From: Lytechinus pictus
Lineage: Eukaryota
DNA: 64,000 nt
NCBI RefSeq assembly: GCF_037042905.1
Contig: NC_087245.1
Span: 12,402,001 to 12,466,000, forward strand
Direction of reading: 5' to 3'
Each line of letters opens with the position of its first letter. Position 1 is the first letter of the stretch. Below the pieces are notes generated by a model that saw only the letters and a program-made list of their open reading frames with translations, made no database searches and was not told where the DNA came from. Both the position numbers and the translations under genes were made by a program. Shown piece by piece: positions 49,876 through 63,550 of the stretch.

Positions 49876-52274
49876 TTCGACTGAAGATGGATATCATACT
49901 TTATTAATCACGGTTATCCATTTTTAAAAACAATATTTACTGCAGCCAACGAGTTCCTGACACAATTCATTTCTTTGACTATAGACTACATTATGAATGT
50001 CCCCGGAACGGTCTTAAGATAACAAAGAAATACCTTTTTTTCGCAAATGAATATAGTTCACTACTTGTTGCTGTAAAATTACTTTGTCTTCCTTTCCTCT
50101 TAATTTAATATTTTAGTATTTCATTTAAATAACCTAAATGAAGGAGGATTCGGAACGATTATTGTATGATGATTATGGATGTGAAAGGGCCCCTCCCCCA
50201 AAAAAATAATAATGAATAAGAATGAATAAGTAAATAAATGAATAAATAAATAAATGAATAAATGAATAAATAAATTAATTAATTAATAAATAAATGAAAT
50301 TAAATTGAATGAAAATAAAAGTCAGTAATCTTTAACAGGATACATGTAGTTGTTAAGCTTATTTCCAGCCGGTTCCTCAACACGTATAGAATTATAATTA
50401 TAAAAGGTAAAATCTGTTTTCACTATGAAAATAAATAGGAATTACTATTAAAAATAACTAAGATCTTGAGATGGTGTGTACAAGAAATATATAAAAAAGA
50501 GAAAGAAGAAAGTTGAAGGTACATGTATAATGTTGTCTCAAGCGGATCGGGAGAAGGGGGTGTTCCTTTCCCCCTCTCTTTCCAATAAACCTGGTGAGTT
50601 ATGTACATGTATATATATATCTCAATATTTATTCTATAACAAACTACTTAAAATCTCCATTTCATGACAGTTTATCAAAAATTTCGGCTTGCGATTTGCG
50701 CTCGCATTGATTGTTGAAAATATATTAACTCGTGCATCATAATTACAAAAGTGCTTAAAATGTCCAGTTTTCAAGCCATTAACAGATTTAGAGCTCTCAT
50801 TAGGCTTATTAGATTAATAAATAAGATATTAATTTAATAATCACTATGTCCTTTTTTTCAGAATGGAATATTGACAAGTTCTATTTCGCGCTTAGGAAGA
50901 TAGTCATCATTTTCACTTGATGACATAATGTTCTTAGGATGTCCCGGTCCTACAAGTATGTCAAAACTCAAAGGAATAATATTGAAACATATCAGCTTTT
51001 TTTAAACTGTGATCCATACCCACCTCACAATTTTCCTACAAGTGCTTGAAATAAAGAGCTTAAATTGTCCCTTTTTCAGATCGGAATATCAAATATTTTA
51101 AGCTCGCGCTTCGCGATCGCTTTAATGATTTTCATGATAAAAAAAAGGTATTTAGAATGCCCAGATTCTAGATTGCGCATGTTCATTCAGATACGCAGCT
51201 TGTTCTCTATTTAAATCATCCAATATATCAAACATTTTCTGCTCGCGCTCTGTGCTCGCATTATTAATGTAGAAAGATTTCCAATTATAATTTTCATGAT
51301 TTACAAAAATTAACAGAGTGTCCCATTTTTACATTGTACCGGTAGGTGTAAATCTCAATTTTTTCCTTACGTGCTTCGCGCTCACATCAATTGTTTAGTT
51401 GTATACTTATCCTTATCACGATTACAAAAAGTGCTTAGAATTTCCATACTTCGTCTAGAAATGTCAAAATTTTCAGCTCTAGCTTTTCGCTCGCATTATT
51501 TGATTGTTGAAAAATGTAAGGTCTTCATGGCTAACTGCAAGCAGCCCTTAACAGATACCTTTTTTATCAGATCAAAACATATACAAAAAATTTCTGTTCG
51601 CGCAGTAATTATTTAGTTGGTGGATACACATCTGGTTTAGAATCACAAACATTGCCCAGAATATTTAAATTTTAGGACAAAATACTTGAAAAAAAATTGC
51701 TCGCTCTTTGCACTCGCACTATTATTAGAAATGACTATTATAAGACTACCCCTTCAAAGATACAAACAAAAATCAACTTCGAGCGGCCGATCGGGAAAAT
51801 GTGGCTGAAAAAAAAAATTGGCTTCCCCCTATTGGCAAAGGCTGGATCCGCCCCTGTCTACTGATAGCTCTTGATGGGGGGGGGGCATCAATTTTTTTTA
51901 TTTTCAGCTCAATATATTGCTCTCACACCCCCCCACCCCCCGATCAGATGAATTACGCCACTTGACGTACGTGATTTCAATTGCCATATAGCCCCAAGAT
52001 CCACTGACTATTTATCTAGCTTACACATTTAAAAAAACTGGGCAGTTGTCAAACGCAACACAAATATACAATAAAATAACAACAAAATGACATACTATAG
52101 TAAGAAAGTATTAAAAAATTGAGAACTTAGTAGAATAAAGAGAATAAAATGTTGAAATTTTTTACCCCCGTCTCCCACATTTCGATCTATTACGTATTAG
52201 ACAATGATATGAAATTAGGCTGATCTGCCTTTATATTAATTTGCGCATAATATTCTTAACTAAAATCATGATAA

Positions 52275-54547
52275 GGGCAATTCCATAGGTTGGTGGACAT
52301 GAGCTTAAAAATTCAAATTCAATATTTTCTTGAATTTTTGAATACTTTAAGTCCTTCATACATGATAGTTACAGGAACAAAAAATAAAAAGATTATTTTC
52401 ATATGCATACTTTGGGAAAAAATGGTCAAAAGTTGTCTTCCATTCTGTACCAAAATACAAGAAATATAGTGAAAAATAAAATATGCCTTATTACCATTTT
52501 GTTATTGCAACATCATACCACTTTATATATTTCTGAAGTTTAGAAGAGTCAAATTACTTAAAATACACAACAGATTTTCAATTTAATTTGTAGTACTCGT
52601 TCAAAAATAAATATTGCAACCTGCTCAGGTAATGTAACGTGAGTAACCAAAAAAAATGACTTTGTTTTCTGAGAGAAAAATTCTTCACAGTTAATTGGTG
52701 GGATTTCAAATTCTCTTCCTTCAAACAATCTTTGACATGGTGATGACTATCAAAATCATTAAAAAATACAAATTTTTATAAAAATGATGAAGAAAAACTG
52801 TAATGTGAGTAACTGTGTAACGTGAGTAACCATCATGTAACGTGAGTAACCAGTAAAAATTATGAAGTTAGGTAACATTTTCTGTGGGATATCAAGTTTT
52901 AAGTCTCATGGTGAATTGTGAAGTTATTTTTTATTTAATTAAAAGCAAAATGAGGGTACACCTCTTTGATGTGACTCTTTTTTCATCAAAATATCAGTGG
53001 TCATACAATCACACAAAAAATTGAATACTAGTAGAAGTATTCACAATGCGAGAGTGCATTAGTAAGACTCAAAGCTTAGATTAACCAAACTTTAAAGAGT
53101 CTTCGAACAATACATCGAATGCCCTTATCCCTATCTAGGCCGGTGTATTTTGGGAGTTCATATGGCCGGGGGGGGTCTCCCAAGCCCCCCCCCCCTTGAG
53201 ATCTCGGCCATTGGCCACACAATCACGCCGAAAATTGGCACGCAGGTTGTCTTGGACATAATCTACAAAACTGCACAGTAATTTATTTCATGCAAATTGC
53301 TATTAAGCAATTTTGCTAATTTATGCGTAATTAGTAAGCGAAATCATACTTTTCCCTCTTACTCCCTAGATAAAGCTCCAATTGTTCAAATTTTTGGTAT
53401 AAAAACTCTTTTTGGTGTTCCTAGCAAGTGTACTTGAAAAAAAATTGCGATATCTGATCAATTTCTTATTCATTTTATTGTTTTTTGCAATTTCTTATGT
53501 ATTTCCTTGTTTTTTTGGACCTTTAGTTTTTCATTGTTTTTTCAATGAAATTTGTTGGGTACTCTTCTGAGATCATAAACGGCATAAAATAAATACATTT
53601 AGACTAGCAAAACTAAAAATAATCATACATTTATGATTTTTGGTTGAAAACAGAATTTGCATTGACTTTGAAGAACCTGCTCCTTTTTCTAATCCTGATA
53701 TGACGGTGTGATTGGTTGATCAGTTTCTACCTTTTTTTCATTTACCAGTGTTGATGTACATTTATCGGGATCTCATTTTTACTTTGACAGTCATTCTGCT
53801 AGGATCAATATTACTGACACTCTTCATGTCAAAGAAACTAGATCCACCGTCTATTGCTAATAATAGCGGACACTTTAAATTCACAGACACTTTTTTTAAT
53901 CAGCTGTATAGTACAGTAAAAAATATGCAGGTTAAAATGACACGGAGAGTATCAAGAAATGGAAGCTCAGTGTGTCTTAGTACTGTATAGCCCATCTGAA
54001 CTGTACATTTTAATTGTGTTTGCCTATACTCATAGCTGGTTCTTTAATTGATGTTGAGGGTTTTACATTTTTTGATTTACACAGCCCAAGCCAGATCTCG
54101 TACAGTTTAGTGAATACATTACCAATATACTGACCAATAAGTAAAAGAGAGGAGGAAACGTGAGTAACCACTTTATCTGAACCCCTATTAAAAACCATGT
54201 GTTCTTTATTTTTTTAATTATATACAAAGTTTGTCTCCCTAATATACTTCTTTGAAATTGATATAATCACCTTTCATAAAAGCCTTGTATGAGGACACTT
54301 TTCACTTATGTGGATTTTTCATTTTATGCATGTCCAAATCATGTAACGTGAGTAACCGACACATTTCAAAGATTTCCCAGGAGCATAATAAAATTTCCCA
54401 AGTTTTGTTTTTATACAAAGGATAGTCAGACTGTGTACTTTGTTGTGATAAAGAGATGTTTAGTTCCTATTAATAATAATGGAGTTACAGCTCCAAGTAG
54501 GAGTCAAGGTGTCTCCAAATGTAACGTGAGTAACCGTGGAATAGCCC
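52275..54547. mobile_element. TIR element (possibly Sola2-like) nested in Chapaev copy 2
   Basis: GGGCAATTCCA ... TGGAATAGCCC; about 7 internal (T)GTAACGTGAGTAACC motifs; absent from copy 1; TSD imperfect (ATAA/ATTA). Confidence 0.7.
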
Positions 54548-54859
54548 ATTAAGATAAGACCATTGACATACATGTATGGGTTATAAATTTTCATAGTTTG
54601 ATCACACCATATCCACTTTAAATTCCAGCAATACATGCTGTCATGGGTACGACACACATTTTCTTTATTGAAAAGTATCACGACACCAACGTTGAAACTG
54701 TGCAAAGGCCTTTAATGGCGAACTCCGCTGGGTTGATACATAGCCTATGGGTGATGAACATACGTGACCCTGATATAATGAAGGTTTATTACAAAGTGTG
54801 ATTTTAATCAAATGTTTGTATTTATGACTAGACCTAGCTAGCTAGATTAGATCTAGATC

Positions 54860-56132
54860 CAGGGGCGGATCCAGCATTCGCCAATAGGGGGGCCTGGAAT
54901 TTTTTTTCAGCCAAATTTTCCCCGATCAGCAGCTCGAAGTTGATTTTTGTTTGTTTCTTTGAAGGGGTAACCCTAATAGTCACTTCTAAATCAACAATCT
55001 CATAAGACGTACGGTATTTAAAAAGTGAGAGCATTTTTTTCCCATATATTTTGTCCTAAAATTTAAACATTCTGGGCAAATTAAGTTTGTGATCCTAAAC
55101 AAGTTTTTTCATCCAACTAAATAATTATTGCGAGCGCGAAGCGCGAGCAGAAATTTTTTATATATGTTTTGATCTGATAAAAAAGGATCTGTTAACGGCT
55201 GTTTGCAGTTAGCCATGAAGACTTTACATATTTCAACAAAACTGAAAATTTTGACATTTCTATCAGAAGAATGGAGATTCTAAGCTTATTTTGTAATCGT
55301 GAAAAGGATAAGTATATAACCAAACAGTTTATGCAAGCGTGAAGCGCGAGCGGAAAAATTTGAGATTACACCAGAAAAATGGGACACTCTATTCATGTTT
55401 TGTAAATTTCGATTTCCGAACTGAAATATGTTTTGTATATTGACTTAAAAATTTGATATTTTAAAGAGAAATTCCAGTAGTTGCAGTAAACACTGATTTC
55501 ATGAGAAAGTCTGTAAAACCAGGCTTAATTGTCAGTATATCATCGAAGATCTAGATCTGGTACAGTTACATAAACTGAACTTTGTGAAATCTTGAAATCT
55601 ACGCTGAAAAATGTTCAGACTGAACTTCCCCAACACAGATAAGCGCACGTGGGACTGTGTATAATTATTGCTTTGAGCGTCGGGCCCGACGCTCTACCCG
55701 AATCCTGTGCTTATTTGCTGATTTCTCAGCAATTACACAATTTCTTCCAGAATCCTTTGGCACATGCGTTTTATTTATACAAACAGACACTTTGGTGGTC
55801 ATTTCATTGGATTCTGTACGAACTCATTTTGATATCGTTACCAAAACTAGCATTTACCTTTAAGCTCCATACTGAGGAAGATATGTAAATCACCTAACAG
55901 GCAATGCGAGCGTGAAGCACGAGCGAAAATTTTATTAAGTGACATGGAAGATTTTTAAAATTATTTTCCAAGTCTTCCCCTCATCTTATTTTTTTCACTC
56001 ATCATCCTCCTCTCATGTTTCCCCTTCTTTTTTCCTCCTCTCTTTTCCCTTCTTTTTCTTTTCTTTCCCCCCTTCATTTTTATTTTTTGCTCCGCCAATA
56101 TGGGGGGCCCGGGCCCCCCCTGGATCCGCCTA
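54860..56132. mobile_element. hAT-like non-autonomous element; contains a TTAA-flanked Kolobok-like insert at about 55465-55859
   Basis: CAGGGGCGGATCCAG ... CTGGATCCGCCT ends; GCGAGCGCGAAGCGCGAGC motifs; same family as the fragment carried inside both Chapaev copies (opposite orientation). Confidence 0.7.
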
Positions 56133-56456
56133 AGACATATTACTTTATTGATGTAAACACTACACAGCTGGCAGCCATCTGTTTGGTGGAGATTTTAAAC
56201 ATTTCTTTAATACTTTTTTTTTCTGTATTTGGTGAGTGGAGACAACAGCGTTCAGCGGAACAACCATATAATAGAGACCGAAGCATTTAGTCTATGTAGA
56301 CACTCTGCCATTGTGAAGAACAGAATTTATTGCCTTGGCTGATGCTCAATTTTATTTGTTATGTTCCATTGTCTTTTGTTACGTTTTTATCATCAAGCCG
56401 CAAAAATAAATGAATTAATAAATACAATAGATCAATCTATATGAATAGTCAGCTTA

Positions 56457-56603
56457 CCTTTAGAATCCAATGTCGTCATGAATCGATTACAGATCTATGT
56501 CATAATGTCTTGTGTGTGATGCCTCGTTCTAACACTCGATCAGTACAGTTACTGAGTTAGTAAACATGTTCTCATAATTGATTATGACATTGGATTCTAA
56601 AGT
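56457..56603. repeat. Short inverted-repeat element
   Basis: ctttagaatccaatgtc ... gacattggattctaaag arms. Confidence 0.7.
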
Positions 56604-57612
56604 TACCCCAAAGTCCACATAAAAACAGAATGACCATTTTTATTAGAATTAAATTTTTGATACCAACTTCACATTTCATTCAACAAGGGGTTCAAATATC
56701 TGGTGACGGAACATGTCCATGCATACTTACTAAAATAAAATTTAAATCATGTGGAGTCCAGGGAGTGGAGCTTCCAAGCAAGGTACAGGCGCAGAGACAG
56801 AATTAGATCTCAGTTAATTTTACTGATTGTCAGCACGGGCAGTCTGCCTCCAGCAAAAGGCTAGGGAAGGCCGCCAGGCCAGGGCGTGGGCCGTGGCGAG
56901 AGGGGCGGAGAGATCCCAGCTAGAAGCCGCCCCAAGGCCAAGTCACGTCGTCGGTGATGATCCTCAGCCCCATGAAAATCGGATGTATGAAGAAAGTGAT
57001 GATACCCTATTTTTTTAACAAAGCATATCTATCGTGCCACCTGGAGCATTAATTGACATGACATTCCAAGTAGATGCCGCAATCATTAGGAAAAGACATC
57101 AAATTTTCAACAAAGCCTTTTTTAAGCTTGTCGCGTTGATATCGCGATCGGGAATGATGCGGTGCTCAACCACACTGATCTATCCATCACTAGTGTGTTT
57201 ACATGTAGCACGTGCAATATGCGCACGTGTTGATCGCGCGCCTGTGACCCATTTGTGACCTCATAATGCATGCTAATGCATACGCGCGATCATACCAAAA
57301 TGGTAAATGCATTTTTCACGGGTAAATAATGTGAATTGAGTTGATTCGTAAATATTTTTCGTACATCAATTCCAAATTATTTATCTACTTTTATATTCAA
57401 AACAATCTTTTACTTTATTATGTTTATACTAATGTACCTGTTGATGAAAAATTATTTTTTCTTAACTTTAATAACATAATGGAGGATAATTTTTACCCCC
57501 ATTAGGAATCGTATCTTCCATTACCAATTAAGAATGACGTTTGTTGTTTTTCTTATGTTTACAAAATTAGTCTTGATTCAAGGAGGGGATGAGAGCGATG
57601 AGAGGAGAGCTG

Positions 57613-57776
57613 TGTCCCGTTGCATAAAAGTTACTATTATGGTAACTTTGCCATCCAGTGGTAATTATTTACCATGGTAACGATGCTCAACAGCCAATCA
57701 AAATCAAGGATTCCATGAAAGATACCATCGGATGCATGTCAAACTTCAACAATGGTAACTTTTATGCAACAGGGCC
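57613..57776. mobile_element. Harbinger-like MITE (CTG flanks)
   Basis: gttgcataaaagttac ... gtaacttttatgcaac arms with CTG on both sides. Confidence 0.7.
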
Positions 57777-58956
57777 CTGGGATGAAGGTGGCAAAACTGG
57801 GGCAAAACAAGAAAGAACATGGTATAATACAGATACGTATAATTAAGTAGTAGAATAGAATAAATCCATCTAAATAAAAATGTCATTAAAACCTCATTGA
57901 AAAATACAAAGTTTTGCATTCAATTTATTTATGGTTTACAAAGATTAGTCAATTGAAATGCCAGTTGAAAAGCTGCATGATAATAAAATGGATTGTAGCT
58001 TTGGCTAGTATCCCCATTTTATTTTTTTTACTATCAATAGTTAATTAGATTACAATTTCAACTCTAAGACTATTAAAACAAATAACACTTCCATTTATGA
58101 ATGTGAAGAATTATTCAGATGGGGCCCTGCACGCAATAATGCAACCATTAATGCTGGTCCCTCGATCAGAGTTTTGTTATTGCATTAAACTTTCACAGAG
58201 TTGCAAGACAATGTTTTATAAATTCTTATAAAAGAATGTGAAATTAATATTTATATTTCATGTAATAAGAAGAAATTCAAATGAAGGGATGATGATGCGA
58301 TGTTATTAGTTCATTGATAATAATGGGAATAATGGATCTGGGTGTGGTTCAAATGCCTTTATTTCTCCTTTTTTATTTATTTATTTATTTATTTAATCAT
58401 TTATTTGATTATTTATTCATAGCAAATGAATACAAATACAGAGGGAAATGGAAGAGCCATCGACCAGTGGCCAGGTATAGCCAAAAGTACCCTGGCTCTG
58501 GGGTACTCCCATCACCGGTTGATGGTTTACAAAGATATAAACATTAACATTGATAAAAAGAAACAAACATCGAAGCAATGAAGCAAGGAGGGCATGTGAG
58601 AACATGTGAAACAAAATTGGATTCAAATAAGAGGCATTTCCAAATATAATAGTCATAAGTATAATTTTATTATCATCTTTTAATCTGCAATTACAATGTG
58701 TACATGAGTTGAGTGGATGAGGGAAATTTAATCAATTAGATTGAACTTAGATAAGTATCATGAATGACACATTTGAAAACAAATTCACTGTAATATGAGT
58801 GGAAAACTAATAATTGCAACATAAATATTACAATCATTTTTGTTATATAAAAGTGAAGTATCAGGAATTTATGGAATATTATTGAATATCAGGACCGTTA
58901 CGGTAACGGTAACATTCTCAATGGGGGTGAGACTAAAGACTAAATGTTACTCCAGA

Positions 58957-61431
58957 CATGGGCGGAAATCTCTCCTTGAAGGTAGGGGGGACACAATTCA
59001 GTTTTCCGTTTTTATATTCTACAGAATAGTAATACTAACTCAAACACACACACACATACATTATACACACACACATAATATATTTATATATATACATATT
59101 TCGAAGACGGGGTATTCCTAACTAAAGATATGTTGATATTTCATAAATTGCGACCTGAAAATTGAACATTCTGAACATTTTTTTGTGATCATGAACTAGA
59201 TTCGAACCTACCTAAACCATTAATGCGAGCGCGAAGCGCGAGCTGAAAGTTTTTTTATTTTCCAACCTAAAAACTAAACATTTGTTATACTTTTTCAAAT
59301 CATGAACAGGATAGGAATTACCTAAAAACTGGACATTCGTAACACTTTTTCAAATCATAAACAGAATAGGAATTTAACTAAATAATAGATGTGAGTGCGA
59401 GCTGAAATTTTTTTGATTTTCCAACCTAAAAACTGGACATTCATAGCACTTTAAAAATAATATGAACAGGATATGAATCTACAATTAATGCGAGCGTGAA
59501 GCGCGACCTGAAAGTTTTTGATTTTCCAACCTAAAAACTGGACATTCATAGCACCTTAAAAAGAATATGAACAGGATAGGAATCTAATCAATTAATGCGA
59601 GCGCGAGCGCGAGCTGAAAGTTTTTGATTTTCCAACCTACATACTAGACATTCTTAATACTTAAAAAAAAATTATGAACAGGATGGGAATCTAAACAATT
59701 AATGCGGGCACGAAGCACGAGCTGAAAGTTTGTATTTTCTAACCTAAAAACTGGACAATCGTAACACTTTTTAAAATAATGAATAGGATAGGAATCTTAC
59801 TAAACAATAATAGATTCGATCGCGAAGTGTGTGCTGAAGATAATGTCATTTCCGGCCTTAAAATTGGTATTATTAGCATATTTTGAAATCAAGGACAGGG
59901 TAGCTATGTAACTAAATTTTATGAAAGATTACAAAATATCTTAAATTGATTCTTGATAAACCATATGTATGTGTGTGTGTGTGTGTGGATTTTTGAATGT
60001 ATTTTTCTTATTTACTCTCTAGATTATCATTGTATATATTTTTTCATCTCATTCTTGTTGCTTGTTCTATATAAGGGGCCCCTCTCACAAGCTCTGCTTC
60101 TATGGACTATGGGGTCCCAAACCTATCATGTATTCTCATTTTTTTTTTAAACTGTGTAATATGTCTCTTGTTTTGATTGGTTTAAATAAACTTGAACTTG
60201 AACTTAATGTGAGCGCGATGCGTATCCTGATTTTTTTTCCGATCAAAAAAGTCATCTTCTTTACACCTAATAGCAATTAACAGGATCGTATCTGACTCAA
60301 TCATATTACTGATGCAAGCGCGAAATGATTTTTTTTTATATTCAGATCTGAAAACTGGATCTTTCAAGCACTTTTGAAAATAAATAACAAGCAGTTTATC
60401 TCAAAAAGCAATGCGAGCGCAAAGCGCGAGCTATTTTTTTTTAAAGATTTAAACCTACAAATGATGAAAAAGATATATATCTTCCTAAATAAATGATTTT
60501 ATTTTATATATTTCGATCTAAAAAGTGAAAATAAAAATTAAGCACGTTTTGAAATAAAGAGATGGCTGTGTATTCATGCAAAGCGCGAGCGAATTTTTTT
60601 ATTTTCATACTATGACCTGAAAGTTTTCTCTTTTTTTCAATTATTCCCCTCCCCTTCCATCATTTAATTATCTTCCTCGATCGTCCTATCTTTCTTGTTA
60701 TTTTTCTCCTCACTTTCCTATTCTGCGCCGCCAATAGGAGGCGGGCCGCCGCCGCTTCGCCCCCTTGATCTACCTATGATGACCCCCCCCCCCCCCACGA
60801 CAAGAATTTTGTGTAAAAATGGAATATAAAAGTCTCGTTAATAGAGTATTTAAAAACAAATTTTGGGGGATTAAACATAGTTAAAATTCACTGAGAAGGA
60901 TTAACCATAACTCATGAAAACTATTCTTTTTACTGAGTACTCGAACAATGAAAATATTCTTATATTCCAAGTAAATTTGGAACAAAGCGAAAATGAATTG
61001 GTTTAACAAAGGTATGTTTTTACGGGGTATATGGAACATTCTCGTTTACAACCATCTATGCACTAAATTTACTTATAAGTGTCCAGAGGCGATTTTCTTT
61101 TTTCGTCAATTTTATTAGTTATGAAATTGATAATGGTCATCGATGTCATCACTCTTTCGCTGGCATATAGGGCTAAATGCGAGTTCGAGAATAGTCGGGT
61201 CGGTATATGCCTTTCTTTTCCTATCCAAGTTCTTAACAAAAACTATCTGTTTATATATATTTCGAAATTCGAGGATACATGTGTATAATTTCAATTTTGA
61301 ATTATGTATTTTTTCCATAATAAAAGACCACAAATATTAGGGGGACATTTGATATTATGTCCCCCCCTTTCCAAAATGGTAAGGGGGACGCGTCCCCCCT
61401 GTCCCCCCCCCCCCTGGGATTTCCGCCCATG
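58957..61431. mobile_element. hAT-like non-autonomous element with internal about 88-bp minisatellite (59220-59880)
   Basis: TIR CATGGGCGGAAATC / GATTTCCGCCCATG; 8-bp TSD ACTCCAGA / ACTCCAGG; tandem units atgcgagcgcgaagcgcgagctgaaa...ccaacctaaaaactggacatt...atgaacaggatagg. Confidence 0.82.
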
Positions 61432-62872
61432 ACTCCAGGCAGAAAACAGACCAGATAAAGTAAAATCAGAAAAATAAAATGAGGGAAATTCTATCGAAAT
61501 CAGGCACAGGACTTGTAGGACATTTTAAAGTTTTGCATTATTGTGGTAAAACAGTTCTATGCATGTCTTCATGAATATATATGAAAAAATAAGCAATGAG
61601 TGAGTTTGTGTCGTTATTTTGTATTAGTATTTATTACTTTTTTCATATTTTGTCCTCGAAGAATAAAAAAAAATGAATGACTACTAATATAAGATAATCA
61701 TTGCTGCAAATTATTTTGTTACAAGAGAGAGATATAATACACACAGACATTATGATTTCATGTTATTAAGAAAAAGGAAAGTAGGGACATGAAAACATCA
61801 GCCCTCTGCATATTCATGATGTCACAAAATATTGTTAAAATTTGAGTTTCAATAACATCTAAATTTATTTTTGTTCAGATTTTGATGAATTTTTAATTGT
61901 TTCTACTCGGTGAAAAGTCGAGTACCTCTGTTGTAGTTGTCATCAACCTTGTAATCTCTGAATAATTTGCGAAGCCCCCCCCCCCCCCCTTCCACTTTCT
62001 CTCCCTCTCTCTGCAAACAAAACGGTCTTCCATAAGACTACTATTCATTGTTTATAACAGGAAGATCCCAATACTTTACACGTACGTATGTACGGTATGT
62101 AACGGTATACGTACACACAAAAATACACACTGCTGTGCTCTAGCTCCGTAAAATTGCCAATTATTGTACAGTTACAGTCAATGAATGAATGGGTGTGGAG
62201 AAGAATTCACAGAATTGACATTGTTCCCCCGATTGTCATTTTATAACAAAGCAAAGAAGAAAGAGGACTGTTACGGCGATAGACATTCTTTTTGGAAACC
62301 TATTCCGTGATTTATCCATTGTTTTTGTGGTAAGTCTTGTTATAATATTATAATTCTTTGTACTCGCCGAAGCGATAGCGTCGCTTTGCTTTGCCGTTTG
62401 TGAGCCGTGTGGTCGTTGACGCTGGTTTACGTGGTGTATAGGCTGTAGGCCTAGCTGTTTTTCCATGCGAGATCGAGAGTTCCTCTGCACTGGTTGGCTC
62501 CCGACTCTCATGACTCTCGACTTCGCTCAAGCTCACTCAGCTCTCTCAGCCCATTCACTGTCGACTGACTCAGCTCTGGTAGACTCTGCCTGTTTTTTTT
62601 TTTTGTTCTGAGAATGACAGAAAGCAATGCAACCTGGCCTTGTTCATAGACAGCTGGCGGTGCGGCCGTCTGTTTCAAGGATTTTTTAAACATTTTTAAA
62701 TTTTTTTAAATTTCTCCTCGTACACAGACCGTGACAGACGGCTCGCTATCCTGCAGCCACGCGCCACCATGGCATTATTTAGTCTTGAGGACTCCATGAT
62801 GATGTTTTTAAAAATATTTTGACATATATTTCTTCATCATGGAGTCTTGAATCCCCGTCCATATATCTAGTA

Positions 62873-63010
62873 CAGGGGCCGCGGAACGGTTTTCAAAGTG
62901 GGGGGCTGACCATGCAAAAAATCACAATCATATGGTAATTTTTACGTTTTTGTACACGGTTTTGGAAAAAAGTGGGGGGGCTGAAGCCCCCCCCGCTTCC
63001 GCAGCCCCTG
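62873..63010. mobile_element. Short hAT-like MITE
   Basis: CAGGGGCCGCGGAA ... TTCCGCAGCCCCTG; TSD unclear. Confidence 0.65.
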
Positions 63011-63269
63011 TAGTATAAGAGACACATGTACACAAAGATGGATTTCCCTAGGAAATCCATAGTTTGACACTTTGACTCTTTGAGGGTGAAATCGGTTTGT
63101 ATTGTCAAATTTTATTTATCTATGAACCTTCAGGCGCCTATTTTATAAAGCCAAGGGATAAAAATTATTTCACTATAAATGGTAAAAATGAAACGTTTCT
63201 TACCAGACCCGATCTCCCGTAGATCCCTCGATCCGTTTGTCAACAAAGTCAAAGCATTCCTTGATTCTT

Positions 63270-63550
63270 TTATTCATTCTTTTATTCTTTCCTTTTAAGT
63301 TTTTCTCTTATTCTTTGTTTCTTTCCTTCCTCTTTTTTCTTTTCTTTCTTTCCTTTCCCCTTTTCTTGTCTTTCGCCCATACTTTCCTTCATTCTTCTTT
63401 TCATTAATTTTTTAGTTTCTTTTCTTTTTTTCCCCCTTTTTTCTTTCCTACCTTCATTCATGAGTTTATTTTGTTCTTTCCTTTTTCTTCCCTCCATTCT
63501 TTCATTCCTCCTTTCTTTCTGTTATAATTTATTTCTTTCTCTCCTCTTTA
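63270..63550. repeat. TTTC/TTCC low-complexity tract
   Basis: Explains the spurious K/E/R-rich ORF 63282-63497. Confidence 0.85.

Larger units (their letters stand above)
47578..54766. mobile_element. Non-autonomous Chapaev-type DNA transposon, copy 2 (with nested insertions)
   Basis: Same CACGTATGTTCA / TGAACATACGTG ends; 4-bp TSD ACCC (47574-47577, 54767-54770); colinear with copy 1. Confidence 0.85.

Noticed and set aside
56827..57258. GC-rich ORFs as a third gene
   Set aside because: No recognisable protein motif or consistent splice partners found.
59220..59880. CRISPR-like array
   Set aside because: The whole roughly 88-bp unit repeats (no unique spacers), it lies inside a hAT-like element, the context is eukaryotic and there are no cas genes.
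62763..62823. Perfect Kozak GCCACCATGG start on the + strand
   Set aside because: The ORF stops after 17 codons within a small inverted repeat and has no clear donor.
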